A stretch of 64,000 bases of DNA from an uncultured Rhizobium sp. (GCA_964447395.1 CAYUSO010000004.1:109-64108); one strand, 5' to 3'. Counted from the stretch's first letter, positions 9,594 through 19,662 are shown. Made by a program: numbers and translations. Notes: generated by a model not told the origin, from the letters alone.

Positions 9594-10675
9594 TATTTTT
9601 TCGCGTCAAAATTAATTCGTGGATCAACCATTTTGTAGGTTAAATCGCTGATGAGATTCATGATTAAACCAAGCAAGGTGAAGATGTAAAGCGAGGCGAA
9701 CATCAGCGGATAATCGCGGGAAACCGCGGCTTCGTAGCTCAACAAACCAAGTCCATCGAGTGAAAAAATAATTTCGATGAGCATTGAACTGGTGAAAAAA
9801 ATTCCAATCAGCGCCGCAGGAAATCCGGAAATTACGATCAACATCGCATTGCGAAAAACGTGACGATACAAAATTTGACTTTGGCTCAAACCCTTGGCGT
9901 AAGCGGCTAGAACGTAGTTTTTATTTATCTCTTCGAGGAAAGAATTTTTGACGAAAAAAGTTAGCGAGGCAAATCCGCCAATCACCATCGCAAGAATCGG
10001 CAAAGTTAAATGCCAAAAATAATCGAGAATTTTTTGCGCGAAATTTAACTCGGCAAAATTCGATGAAACCAAGCCGCGCAAGGGAAAAATGTTGAGAAAA
10101 TTTCCGCCGCAAAAAAGCACGATGAGTAAAATCGCAAATAAAAAAGATGGAATTGCGTGAAAAAAAATCACCAGCGAACTCGTCCAAATATCAAATTTTG
10201 AACCGTCAAAAATTGCTTTTTTTATGCCAAGCGGAATTGAAATTAAATAGATCAGCAAAACCGTCCACAACCCTAGAGAAATCGATGTTGGCAGCTTTTC
10301 TGCAATTAGGGTTAAAATCTTTTTATCCTGATAAAAACTTTCGCCAAAATCGAAGGTAAAATATTTTTTCATCATCAAAAAAAAGCGCTGATGAAGTGGC
10401 AAATCGAAGCCGTAAAGTTTTTCGATTTTTTTTATCAACTCTTCATCAACACCTTGCGAACCCTGATATTTCAATGCTCCATCGCTAGTGATGTTTTTTA
10501 TTTCGGAGAAATTTTGCACTTCACCACCAACTTTTGTCGTATGATTCATCTGCGCAATAAATCGCTCCACTGGCCCACCCGGCGCGGCTTGGATAACCAA
10601 AAAATTCACCAGCATGATGATGAAAAGCGTGGGGAAAATCAGGAGGAAGCGTTTGAGAAAATAGAGATGCATCAA
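9593..10675 (-). CDS. yejB: ABC transporter permease, YejB/oligopeptide (OppB-like) family
   Basis: 360-aa ORF with typical N-terminus (RFLLIFPTLFIIMLVNFLVIQAAPGGPVE) and the EAA-loop region AAYAKGLSQSQILYRHVFRNA. Its stop overlaps the tlyC start by 1 nt. Confidence 0.8.
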   Translation of the reverse strand: MMHLYFLKRFLLIFPTLFIIMLVNFLVIQAAPGGPVERFIAQMNHTTKVGGEVQNFSEIKNITSDGALKYQGSQGVDEELIKKIEKLYGFDLPLHQRFFLMMKKYFTFDFGESFYQDKKILTLIAEKLPTSISLGLWTVLLIYLISIPLGIKKAIFDGSKFDIWTSSLVIFFHAIPSFLFAILLIVLFCGGNFLNIFPLRGLVSSNFAELNFAQKILDYFWHLTLPILAMVIGGFASLTFFVKNSFLEEINKNYVLAAYAKGLSQSQILYRHVFRNAMLIVISGFPAALIGIFFTSSMLIEIIFSLDGLGLLSYEAAVSRDYPLMFASLYIFTLLGLIMNLISDLTYKMVDPRINFDAKK

Positions 10676-10738
10676 GTCAAAAATTTGTACCTAGAAAATC
10701 GGTTTGTGGATTTATTCCCATTCTCCCACACGAGCTCA

Positions 10739-10809
10739 GGCGCAGCCTTCGCCCGTTTGAAGCTAAAAACGACCGTTGAGGTCGTTTTTCCTGCTGCGCC
10801 GTCGCTTCA
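10739..10809. repeat. nested stem-loop structure downstream of tolB (family C hairpin inside)
   Basis: Outer stem ggcgcagc (10739-46) / gctgcgcc (10793-800). Inner hairpin aaaaacgacc-gttga-ggtcgttttt (10765-10789). Related hairpins occur at 32549-32575 and 32775-32797. Confidence 0.5.
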
Positions 10810-12177
10810 AACCCAATCTGGATCCGTCGCGCCCTCGCCTACTGGCGTTGGCACTTCAAATTCAAAACCGGTAATGATGTCGATGACATAGAGGCGCGGA
10901 AGCGAATCACGTCCGTAAGGACCCTTCTTTTTTGAATAAATCAGATAGCGCGAATTTGGTGACCATTTGGCGCCTTCAACCAAATATCCGCTGGTTAATA
11001 ATTTTTCACTTTTGCCGTTTGGCAGCATCACGCCGATAAAAAATTGCCCACCTTTTATTCTGGTGAAGGCAATTAATTTTCCATCTGGCGACCAAACTGG
11101 CTTGGAATAAGAACCATTTCCGGTGCTGACACGCTTGACCGAAGAGCCATCCGCATCCATCACAAAAATTTGCTGACCACCTTCGCGATCGGAAGAAAAA
11201 GCGATAAATTTTCCGTCGGGAGAATATGATGGAGTAGTATCAATCGCCGGATTTTTGGTTAATTTTTTAGCCAAATTTTCAGCGATATTCATTTCGTAAA
11301 TATCGCTATTTCCGTTATCAATTGCCGAAAGTAGAATCACGTTCGGATCTTTGGGATTAACGCTTGGGGCCAATGTCGTGGTGCGAAATCCGCCAACTTT
11401 TTGGCTGCGTAAATTTTGTAAATTCATCGAGAAAATTTGCGGCTTATTTTGGAAGTAGCGCAGATAAAAAATCTCGTCGCGTTTTTTGGAAAAAATTGGC
11501 GTCAAAACTAAATCGCGTCCATCGGTCAAAACGCGATTATTTTCGCCGTCAAAATCAATGAGATTAATTTTTTTTATGCGCTTGTTAATCGCGCCAGATT
11601 CAGAAACGTAAAGAATCTGCGAAGTGAAGTGGCCAGATACTTCGCCACTGATCGCTTTAAAAATTTCATTGGAAATTATGTTGGCCATTTTGCGATGATT
11701 ATCGCTCGATGCCGTGTAAAATTTTCCAAAAAGTTGACGCTGGTCTAGCACATCCCACATGCGAATTCTTGCTTCGAGATTGCCGCTCAAATCGTAGTTA
11801 AATTGTGCGACAACAATCGCGCCGATTCCGACTTTTAAATATTTTTCAAAATTGGGAAGTGACTCAACGGTGAGATTTTCCTGCGCTAAATTCTGAGCAG
11901 CGGGAACAGCATTGTCGCGGCTTGGAGATAAAACTTCCATCTGACCGCTTTGTTTAACAATTTCAAAAAGATCGGTGGTTTTTAAATTTCTTCTGATGCG
12001 CTCGAGAATTTCGGCGCTGTCTTTTTTTAGTCGCGGATCAGCAGAATCGAAACCGAAAAATAAAATTTTTGTTTTGGGAATTTCTTCATTTTTTATTGAA
12101 AATGAAACAGCTGCGAAGGCTTGATTTGAAAGGGTTAAAAGCGCTGCTGTGAGGAAAAAAGTTTTTAGGAATTTCAT
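10807..12177 (-). CDS. tolB: Tol-Pal system beta-propeller protein TolB
   Basis: 456-aa ORF with a signal peptide and repeated P.WSPDG(K) propeller motifs (YSPDGKFIAFSS, VWSPDGKLIAF, KWSPNSRYLIY). Confidence 0.92.
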   Translation of the reverse strand: MKFLKTFFLTAALLTLSNQAFAAVSFSIKNEEIPKTKILFFGFDSADPRLKKDSAEILERIRRNLKTTDLFEIVKQSGQMEVLSPSRDNAVPAAQNLAQENLTVESLPNFEKYLKVGIGAIVVAQFNYDLSGNLEARIRMWDVLDQRQLFGKFYTASSDNHRKMANIISNEIFKAISGEVSGHFTSQILYVSESGAINKRIKKINLIDFDGENNRVLTDGRDLVLTPIFSKKRDEIFYLRYFQNKPQIFSMNLQNLRSQKVGGFRTTTLAPSVNPKDPNVILLSAIDNGNSDIYEMNIAENLAKKLTKNPAIDTTPSYSPDGKFIAFSSDREGGQQIFVMDADGSSVKRVSTGNGSYSKPVWSPDGKLIAFTRIKGGQFFIGVMLPNGKSEKLLTSGYLVEGAKWSPNSRYLIYSKKKGPYGRDSLPRLYVIDIITGFEFEVPTPVGEGATDPDWV

Positions 12178-12192
12178 TTTTTATTTTGTAAA

Positions 12193-12256
12193 TCCCCGAG
12201 CGAAGTCGGGGGAGAAAAACAGTCTAAGAACCCCTCGACTCCGCTCGGGGAGCTGA
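12193..12256. repeat. palindromic element family A, core-only copy
   Basis: tccccgagcgaagtcggggg ... cccctcgactccgctcggggagctga, between the tolB start and the hslV stop. Confidence 0.75.
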
Positions 12257-12260
12257 GAAT

Positions 12261-12812
12261 TCACAAAGTCTCGATTACGATGTTGTTATTCGTATAAACA
12301 CACAAATCCGCTGCGATTTTCATTGATTTTTTTACCACTTCCTCAGCGGATAAATTATCAATCGAAACTAATGCCCGCGCTGCCGCGAGAGCAAAATTTC
12401 CGCCCGAACCGATTCCGGCAATTCCATCTTCCGGCTCAAGCACATCGCCATTTCCAGTGAGCACGAGTGAAATATTTTTATCGACTACGATCATCATGGC
12501 TTCGAGGCGACGAAGATATTTGTCGGTGCGCCAATCTTTCGCGAGCTCAACGCAGGCGCGCATCAGCTGATTCGGATATTGTTCGAGTTTTTGCTCAAGA
12601 CGTTCGAAAAGTGTGAAAGCATCGGCCGTCGCACCAGCAAATCCGCCGATGATTGAGCCATCACCAAGTTTGCGAATTTTCTTTGCATTCGATTTTAAAA
12701 CAGTCTGTCCCAGCGTCACTTGGCCATCGCCAGCAATTGCAACTTTGCCATTTTTGCGCACCGAAAGAATTGTTGTGCCATAAAGTTGAGAAGGATTTTT
12801 GTGATCGAGCAT
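12261..12812 (-). CDS. hslV: ATP-dependent protease subunit HslV
   Basis: 183-aa ORF with the catalytic N-terminal [23 protein letters not shown] after a 12-aa leader, and GSGGNFA. Confidence 0.95.
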   Translation of the reverse strand: MLDHKNPSQLYGTTILSVRKNGKVAIAGDGQVTLGQTVLKSNAKKIRKLGDGSIIGGFAGATADAFTLFERLEQKLEQYPNQLMRACVELAKDWRTDKYLRRLEAMMIVVDKNISLVLTGNGDVLEPEDGIAGIGSGGNFALAAARALVSIDNLSAEEVVKKSMKIAADLCVYTNNNIVIETL

Positions 12813-12941
12813 GAAAAAATTAAGAATTAAGAATTAGGAATTAGAAGTTAGGAATCTGTCTGTAATTTTTTATCAAAAAACAAAACTTGGAACAAGTTCT
12901 AAATTCCTAATTCTAAATTCTTAATTCTTAATTTTTTCATG
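12810..12941. repeat. mirror-symmetric divergent intergenic region (26-bp perfect inverted repeat including both start codons)
   Basis: catgaaaaaattaagaattaagaatt (12810-12835) is the exact reverse complement of aattcttaattcttaattttttcatg (12916-12941). The inner part continues as imperfect heptamer units (aggaatt/agaagtt). Confidence 0.9.
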
Positions 12942-14177
12942 TTCCAGAAATCCTACAAAAACCTCGCCATAATTTTCTTCCTCGGCATCTCATCGGGACT
13001 CCCAATCGCCCTAATTTTATCAACTCTCAAGGCACTTCTCTTGGACAAGGGTTTTGATTTAAAAACCATCGGATTTTTTTCACTCGTTAGCTTGCCTTAC
13101 TCGCTGAAAATTTTTTTCGCGCCGATTATCGATTCTTGTCGCGTGCCTTTTTTAACAAAAATTTTTGGACAAAGAAAATCGTGGATAATTCTCACGCAAT
13201 TGCTTTTGGTGATTTTTATTTCGGCGCTTGGAATCGCGGGAATCCTTGCCAATATTGGCGCCATCGCGGTCTTTGCTTTTTTGGTCGGATTATTTTCCGC
13301 CAGTCAGGATATCGTAATTGATGGCTATCGCATCGAATTAATCGAAAAAGAAAATCAAGGAATCGCAGCAAGTTTTTACGTTTATGGCTATCGTATCGGC
13401 ATGCTAATTTCTGGCGCACTCGCTTTAGTTTTAGCAGAAATTTTTTCGTGGGATGCCGTTTACTTCCTGATGTCAGCAACAATGTTTTTTTGCATCGCAA
13501 TCGTTTTTTTTGCCGAAGAAACAAGAAAAAATTGGCAACCGCAAAAGCAGGATTTTTTCTCCTGGTTTAAAAGTTTTGTTATCGAGCCGCTAAAAGATTT
13601 TTCACGTCACGATCGCTGGTATGTCATTCTGGTTTTTATAATTTTATTCAAACTCGGAGATGCTTTTGCGGGCAATTTGACCTTGCCATTCCTACTCGAA
13701 ATCGGTTTTAGCAAAATTGAAATTGCCAGCATCGTAAAAACTTTTGGACTTTTTGCGACTTTGTTCGGAGTTTTTTTTGGCGGCGTTTTGGTAAAAAAAA
13801 TTGGATTGATAAAATCACTATGGATCGCAGGAATTTTACAAATGTTATCCAATTTAACTTTCGCTTATTTGGCGAAAATCGGCCATGATTCAAACTTGCT
13901 TTATCTCACAGTTTTTGCCGAAAATTTTAGCGGTGGAATTGGCGATTCAGTTTTTGTCGCTTACCTGAGTGGCCTTTGCAGAGTTGATTTCAGCGCCACA
14001 CAATATGCGCTTTTAGTTTCACTTGCATCATTAGCGCGAAGTGTTCTCACGTCAAGCGCTGGGGTCGTCGCGCAACTTTTTGGTTGGTATGAATTTTTTA
14101 TTTTCTCAACTTTTTTAGCCGTTCCTGGACTGCTGTTTTTATTTTGGTTGACCGCGAAAAAAAATCATAAAGATTAA
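12939..14177 (+). CDS. ampG: MFS permease, AmpG (muropeptide) family
   Basis: 412-aa ORF with about 12 TM segments and AmpG-like motifs (LGISSGLP, APIIDS, SASQDIVIDGYRIE). Confidence 0.8.
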   Translation: MFQKSYKNLAIIFFLGISSGLPIALILSTLKALLLDKGFDLKTIGFFSLVSLPYSLKIFFAPIIDSCRVPFLTKIFGQRKSWIILTQLLLVIFISALGIAGILANIGAIAVFAFLVGLFSASQDIVIDGYRIELIEKENQGIAASFYVYGYRIGMLISGALALVLAEIFSWDAVYFLMSATMFFCIAIVFFAEETRKNWQPQKQDFFSWFKSFVIEPLKDFSRHDRWYVILVFIILFKLGDAFAGNLTLPFLLEIGFSKIEIASIVKTFGLFATLFGVFFGGVLVKKIGLIKSLWIAGILQMLSNLTFAYLAKIGHDSNLLYLTVFAENFSGGIGDSVFVAYLSGLCRVDFSATQYALLVSLASLARSVLTSSAGVVAQLFGWYEFFIFSTFLAVPGLLFLFWLTAKKNHKD

Positions 14178-14218
14178 TCCTCGTCTCCCACTCCTTATCG
14201 CCTACCGCCTACAACAAA

Positions 14219-16606
14219 ATGCGCTTCACAACCGTCAAACCAGAAAAAGAAAAAATCGCTAAAGGCGAAGTTTCTGCAGCGCATTTTATTCCCTATCGTT
14301 GCCACTGGAACTCCAACACAATTCTCACTCACAAAGAGGAATTAGTTCGCGTGATAAAAATCAAAGGCTTCGCTTTTGAAACTGCTGATGACATCGATAT
14401 CGATCTCAAAAAAAATGCCCGCAATAACTTGCTGAAAGGCATGGCCTCAGGCAATTTCTCGCTTTATTTCCACACGATTCGTCGCAAAGAAAAAGGCTTT
14501 CCAGATGGCGATATGCCTGATGCTTTCTCGCAAAGAGTAAATGATGAATGGGCAGCAAAACACTCCGATGCCAAGTGCTTTATCAATGAACACTATCTCA
14601 CAATCATCAGAGGCGCAGACACTTCTGGCGCAGCGGTTTTGGAGCATATGGCAAAAAAATTGCAGCATAAAACCGATAAAACCGCTTGGGAAAATTACAT
14701 GCGCGAAGCCTTCGATGAGATCGACGAAATGACCGAACGCATTTTAAATGGTTATGGAAATTACGGTGCAACTTTGCTCGACATCTCCGAAGGCGAAGAT
14801 GGATTCACTTCCGAACTTTTAGAATTTTTATCACGCTTGGTGAATTGCGGATATTCGCAACCAATCGCCATTCCGCTTGGGCAAATCTCGCATCATTTGC
14901 CAATTAGCCGACTTTATTTTGGCAATAAATCCATCGAAGCGCATCATGCTTCTGGCGTGAAATATGCTGGAATTGTTTCGATCAAAGAATATCGCCCATC
15001 GACTCACGCCGGCGTGTTTGACGGTTTTATGCAAATGCCTTTCGAGCTTGTCATCAGCCAATCATTTTCTTTCATTAACCGCATGGTGGCGATTAGTTCG
15101 ATGCAGTTGCAACAACGTCGCCTCGTACAATCAGAAGACGTCGCGGTTTCGCAAATTCAAGAAATTGACCAAGCACTTGATTCGGCAATGAGCGGTGAAT
15201 TCGCTTTCGGCCAACATCACATGACGGTGATGTGTGTTGAGGACACACCAAAATCTCTAGAAAGCGCTTTATCTCTTGCAGTTGTTGAACTTTCCAACGC
15301 CGGCATTACCGGCGTTCGCGAACGCATGAATTTGGAACCAGCTTTTTGGGCGCAATTGCCTTGCAACTCCGAATACATGGCGCGTCGCAGCGTTGTAAAT
15401 ACTCTCAACATTGCCGCTTTCGCTTCCTTCCACAATTACCCATCTGGCAAAAGAAAAAAGAACCATTGGGGCGATGCTGTCACTGTGCTTAACACTGTTT
15501 CCGGCACGCCATATTTTTTCAGTTTTCACGTACGCGATGTTGGTCACACCATGATTATCGGCCCGACTGGCGCGGGTAAAACCGTGTTGCTCAATTTCCT
15601 CTGTGCCCAAGCGCAAAAATTTAATCCGCGTTTATTTTTCTTCGACAAAGATCGCGGCGCAGAAATTTTTGTACGCGCTGTACGCGGTCGCTACATGATT
15701 CCAGATGCGGCAAAAGTTTCGGGGTTTAATCCTTTTCAGCTCGAAGACACTAACGAAAATCGCTCCTTCCTCATCGAATTCATGAAAGCCTTGGTGATGG
15801 TGAATGATTCTCCTCTTCCAGCGCATGAAATTGATCGCATCAACGAAGCAGTGAATGGCAATTACAAACTCCCGAAAGAGCAGCGCCGCTTGCGCAACCT
15901 AGCGCCATTCATGGGTTTAAGCGGCCCAGGAACTTTAGCAGGAAGATTGGCAATGTGGCACTCTGACGGTTCTCACGCCAAACTTTTCGACAATGAAGAA
16001 GACGTGATCAACTTCGAATCAGCTCGCACTTTCGGCATCGAAATGGGTCGCATGTTGCAAGATAAAATGGCGATTGCGCCAGTGCTGCTTTATCTCTTCC
16101 ATCGCATTCAATCTTCGCTGAAGGGTGATCCAACAATGATCGTGCTTGATGAAGCTTGGGCGCTCATCGGGAACCCAGTTTTCGCACCGAAAATCAAAGA
16201 TTGGCTCAAGGTTTTGCGGAAACTGAATTGCTTCGTAGTTTTCGCCACGCAATCGGTTGAAGATGCCGCGAAAAGCAGCATTTCCGATACTCTGGTTCAG
16301 CAAACTTCGACACAAATTTTCCTACCAAATCTGAAAGCAACTACGATTTATCGCGAAGTTTTTATGCTTTCAGAACGCGAATTTAATCTGGTAAAAACCA
16401 CTGATCCTTCGACGCGATTCTTTCTGGTTAAGCAAGATAATGACGGCGTAATTGCTCGTATTGATTTGGGCGGCATGGATGAAATTATTCGCGTACTCTC
16501 CGCACGAGCTGAAACCGTGATTCTAATGGATGAAATCATCGACCAAGTTGGGGATAATCCTGATGATTGGCTTCCAATCTACTACGAAAAATCAGGCAAA
16601 AAATAG
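14219..16606 (+). CDS. virB4: type IV secretion system ATPase VirB4
   Basis: 795-aa ORF with Walker A IGPTGAGKTV and Walker B MIVLDEAW. The N-terminus has the FIPYRCHWN...LTHKEEL pattern typical of Rickettsiales VirB4. Confidence 0.93.
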   Translation: MRFTTVKPEKEKIAKGEVSAAHFIPYRCHWNSNTILTHKEELVRVIKIKGFAFETADDIDIDLKKNARNNLLKGMASGNFSLYFHTIRRKEKGFPDGDMPDAFSQRVNDEWAAKHSDAKCFINEHYLTIIRGADTSGAAVLEHMAKKLQHKTDKTAWENYMREAFDEIDEMTERILNGYGNYGATLLDISEGEDGFTSELLEFLSRLVNCGYSQPIAIPLGQISHHLPISRLYFGNKSIEAHHASGVKYAGIVSIKEYRPSTHAGVFDGFMQMPFELVISQSFSFINRMVAISSMQLQQRRLVQSEDVAVSQIQEIDQALDSAMSGEFAFGQHHMTVMCVEDTPKSLESALSLAVVELSNAGITGVRERMNLEPAFWAQLPCNSEYMARRSVVNTLNIAAFASFHNYPSGKRKKNHWGDAVTVLNTVSGTPYFFSFHVRDVGHTMIIGPTGAGKTVLLNFLCAQAQKFNPRLFFFDKDRGAEIFVRAVRGRYMIPDAAKVSGFNPFQLEDTNENRSFLIEFMKALVMVNDSPLPAHEIDRINEAVNGNYKLPKEQRRLRNLAPFMGLSGPGTLAGRLAMWHSDGSHAKLFDNEEDVINFESARTFGIEMGRMLQDKMAIAPVLLYLFHRIQSSLKGDPTMIVLDEAWALIGNPVFAPKIKDWLKVLRKLNCFVVFATQSVEDAAKSSISDTLVQQTSTQIFLPNLKATTIYREVFMLSEREFNLVKTTDPSTRFFLVKQDNDGVIARIDLGGMDEIIRVLSARAETVILMDEIIDQVGDNPDDWLPIYYEKSGKK

Positions 16607-19600
16607 TGACAACTTTCCAGAAAAATTTTTTACAAAAAACTTTTTCCGCGCCGCTTTTCTTTGTTGTTTTTTTCACTTCAATTGTTGCGCCGATAAGCTC
16701 TTACAGCGCAGTAGATTATGGAGCGGGAAGAGTTCGTGAATGCGGCATCGTAAACGGAACTCCAACTCCTGCGGACATCACTCGCAACAGCAGCGGGGTT
16801 GTCACCGCGACTAAAACTGGACTTGATTTTAATCCAACCGATGCTGGAAAGGATATTGAATTTGTTCTGACAAATCCAGTTTGTGTCACGGTTATTGCGA
16901 CATCATACGCATTGGTAAAGGGCACAATTGCTACAATGAATGGAGTTTGCGGCAGCGGAAGCGTTGTTCCTCGCTTAATTCCATCACCATTTCTTGATGC
17001 GATAGACATCGCAAAAGCAGCACCACATCTTTCCAATCCAGCCTGCGCTGTCGCGGCAAGTGTCGCGGCGGCGGCATTTGGCGCAGCAATTGCTCAACTT
17101 GGAATAATTTACGCAATTGCCAATGGCACTCCGGAATTACCTGGGGTTTACCAAAAAACCAAAATCTGCGGCGCTAATTGGATGAAGCCAAGCGAAACAA
17201 CTTACAGCTTCAGCGCTGGCGATTACAAGCAAACAGTAGAATCGACGATTCGGGCCTATATTCGCAATAACGACACTTCCAACCTTTCTTTAACCAACAA
17301 AACCTATCGCGAATGGTATTATGGCGGAGTTGAAGTTGAGGATAATCCTGCTGATGGAGAAGTATGCTTGGATTCAACTATGGAAAAGGTTAATGGCCAA
17401 TATCCCAAACAAAAATATTACCTCAAAGGTACCGAAACCGGAAATTACAATTGCAAAAAATATTGGATTTTGCCTGGCCAGAATGATCCTCTAGGCAGCG
17501 CCAGAATGATGACACCCGAAAGATTCAGAGATCTTCAGCAATCCTACAATTGCTGCATGAAACGCAGTCAGCAATTTGTCTGCATCGATTACGACAATAC
17601 GAAAGTTTTTTGCCAAGGCGGAACGAGATGCACCATCAACGGCATAACTTTTTCCACCAAATCAATCGAGGATGGTCGCTTAATCTGCGCTGAAACCTAC
17701 AGTCTTTGTCCTTATAATTTCACAATTGGCGGCGGCTCAGAAGTTTGTGATTATTATCGCGATGGCGTATGGAAAGCTTCGGAAGCAAGATGGATTCTAA
17801 TCAAAGCCGAGGATCTTGAGGCAAAAAATTGTTCGCCAAATTTAACTAATTTTACCGGTAGCGAAATCAGAAACTCGGATTGCACCTACAACAAAAAAGC
17901 CGGCCAATGCCGCAATTATTGCCAATATCTGACTCACTGCACCAAAACTTCTAGCGAGGTTTATCGCTATCGCAGCAGCTTGAATTCGCCTTACTTCTCC
18001 GATGCCTGCATGAATTTTATTGGCGATTCGCAAAACAGAACCGCTCTTGTTGGTGGATTTGCTTTAGGCAGTCAAAAACATTTCAGCGCACCAATCGCGC
18101 AATGCATCAAAGAAACTCTGGAAAATCTTTTCTACAATCGAGCTGGTCACAGCGTTTGCTACAACGTCAACGAATATCCTTCCGCCAACGGAACTTGTCC
18201 GAGCGGCCAATATCTTCTCGATGGCGATTTTGAGTTTAAAAAAGGCAATAAAGTAAAAGAAAAATCCTTTTTCACCATCATACAAGATAACTTGCGAAAC
18301 ATTGTGAAGTTGGTGCTGATGCTCTCCATCACCTTCTACGGCATGAATATTCTAACCGGAAAAGCCAATCCTGGCAGCAGAAAAGAAGTCGCTATTTATC
18401 TTTTTAAAATTGCCACCGTGCTCTACTTCGCCACTGGCGATGCTTGGCAAACGGTGTTTTTCAAAGGAGTTTATAACACCTCGACAGAGCTATCGCGCAT
18501 GGTTTTCAAAATTGAGGTTCAGCCGCAAGAGGTAAAAAGAGACGGCTGCCAATTCGGCATAATTTCGCTCTCTGATGGATCAAAAGAATCAACAGGCCGA
18601 ACTTATCCAGCCGGCAAAGAATATTTGGCAATATGGGATACTATCGATTGCAAAATAATGCGTTATCTCGGCTTCGGGCCAGAAGCATCAACGGCAAATA
18701 TTGCCATGCTGATCATCTCCGCATATTTCACCGGACCGATAGGAATTTATTTCGCCCTCTCAGTTCTGATTTTTGGCATAATGCTGATTGCAACAGCGAT
18801 TCGAGCTTTACACATCTTCCTCGCCTCAGCTCTTTCAATCATAATTTTTGTTTTCATTTCGCCGATAATTATTCCGTTAGTGCTGTTTGAAAAAACGAAA
18901 AGCATTTTTGACAACTGGCTCAAAGAACTTATCAGTTTCTGTCTGCAACCGATGATACTTTTCGCTTACATTGCCATTCTCATAATCGTGATGGATAAAA
19001 CCTTGATTGGTAGCGCCACCTATCTCGGAACCGCTCCAGCAAAAACACTTTCTTGCGCTCAATATTGCATAGATTCAACAACCAAAGAAATCATTCCTTA
19101 CACTGGCGACACTCCTCCTGCTTGCGGCAATGGTCAAGAATGGATTAACCCTCTAAATGACAGCGTGGCTTGTCTGCTAAACTTCAACAGTTTTGGCAAA
19201 TTCCCTGGCTTTGAAATTATCGGCGTTTCGATTCCTATTCTTATCAATCTCTTCGAATCCAACGTTGTCGAAAGACTGCAAACCCTTTTGAAAGGCGCTT
19301 TGGTTATGTATCTGATTTACAAATTCATGGATGAAATTCCTGGCATCACATCGCAATTAATCGGCGGAACAAGACTGCCTTCAAGCAATGCCAACGCCTT
19401 CGAATACATGAAAGAACTCCTAGAGACTGCCAGAGCAATTCAGAAACGTGCAGCACGCGCTGGCAAAAAAGTTGGTAATAAAGCCAAGGAAGGTGTGAAA
19501 AATAGAGCTAACACCGTAGCAGAAAAATTCGGCAATAAGGGCAAGAGTGTCAAAGATAACGAAGGCAGCGGAAAAGATGGCGATAAATCTAGCAGCAGCA

Positions 19601-19635
19601 AGAGCGGCGACGGCGATCAGACCGGAAAAACTTAG
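16567..19635 (+). CDS. virB6: large VirB6/TrbL-family T4SS inner-membrane protein with Cys-rich N-terminal domain
   Basis: 1022-aa ORF directly after virB4. It has a signal/TM at the N-terminus, 24 Cys in the first ~560 aa, a multi-TM TrbL-like block at ~aa 580-870, and a K/G/S-rich tail. An alternative GTG start at 16606 overlaps the virB4 stop (taGTG). Confidence 0.75.
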   Translation: MASNLLRKIRQKIVTTFQKNFLQKTFSAPLFFVVFFTSIVAPISSYSAVDYGAGRVRECGIVNGTPTPADITRNSSGVVTATKTGLDFNPTDAGKDIEFVLTNPVCVTVIATSYALVKGTIATMNGVCGSGSVVPRLIPSPFLDAIDIAKAAPHLSNPACAVAASVAAAAFGAAIAQLGIIYAIANGTPELPGVYQKTKICGANWMKPSETTYSFSAGDYKQTVESTIRAYIRNNDTSNLSLTNKTYREWYYGGVEVEDNPADGEVCLDSTMEKVNGQYPKQKYYLKGTETGNYNCKKYWILPGQNDPLGSARMMTPERFRDLQQSYNCCMKRSQQFVCIDYDNTKVFCQGGTRCTINGITFSTKSIEDGRLICAETYSLCPYNFTIGGGSEVCDYYRDGVWKASEARWILIKAEDLEAKNCSPNLTNFTGSEIRNSDCTYNKKAGQCRNYCQYLTHCTKTSSEVYRYRSSLNSPYFSDACMNFIGDSQNRTALVGGFALGSQKHFSAPIAQCIKETLENLFYNRAGHSVCYNVNEYPSANGTCPSGQYLLDGDFEFKKGNKVKEKSFFTIIQDNLRNIVKLVLMLSITFYGMNILTGKANPGSRKEVAIYLFKIATVLYFATGDAWQTVFFKGVYNTSTELSRMVFKIEVQPQEVKRDGCQFGIISLSDGSKESTGRTYPAGKEYLAIWDTIDCKIMRYLGFGPEASTANIAMLIISAYFTGPIGIYFALSVLIFGIMLIATAIRALHIFLASALSIIIFVFISPIIIPLVLFEKTKSIFDNWLKELISFCLQPMILFAYIAILIIVMDKTLIGSATYLGTAPAKTLSCAQYCIDSTTKEIIPYTGDTPPACGNGQEWINPLNDSVACLLNFNSFGKFPGFEIIGVSIPILINLFESNVVERLQTLLKGALVMYLIYKFMDEIPGITSQLIGGTRLPSSNANAFEYMKELLETARAIQKRAARAGKKVGNKAKEGVKNRANTVAEKFGNKGKSVKDNEGSGKDGDKSSSSKSGDGDQTGKT

Positions 19636-19662
19636 AGCAATTTCAGGCTCCCAGAACGCTCT

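Noticed and set aside
10391-10891. 166-aa ORF spanning the yejB start, the spacer and the tolB end
   Set aside because: It is antisense to two supported genes and reads through a structured repeat region.
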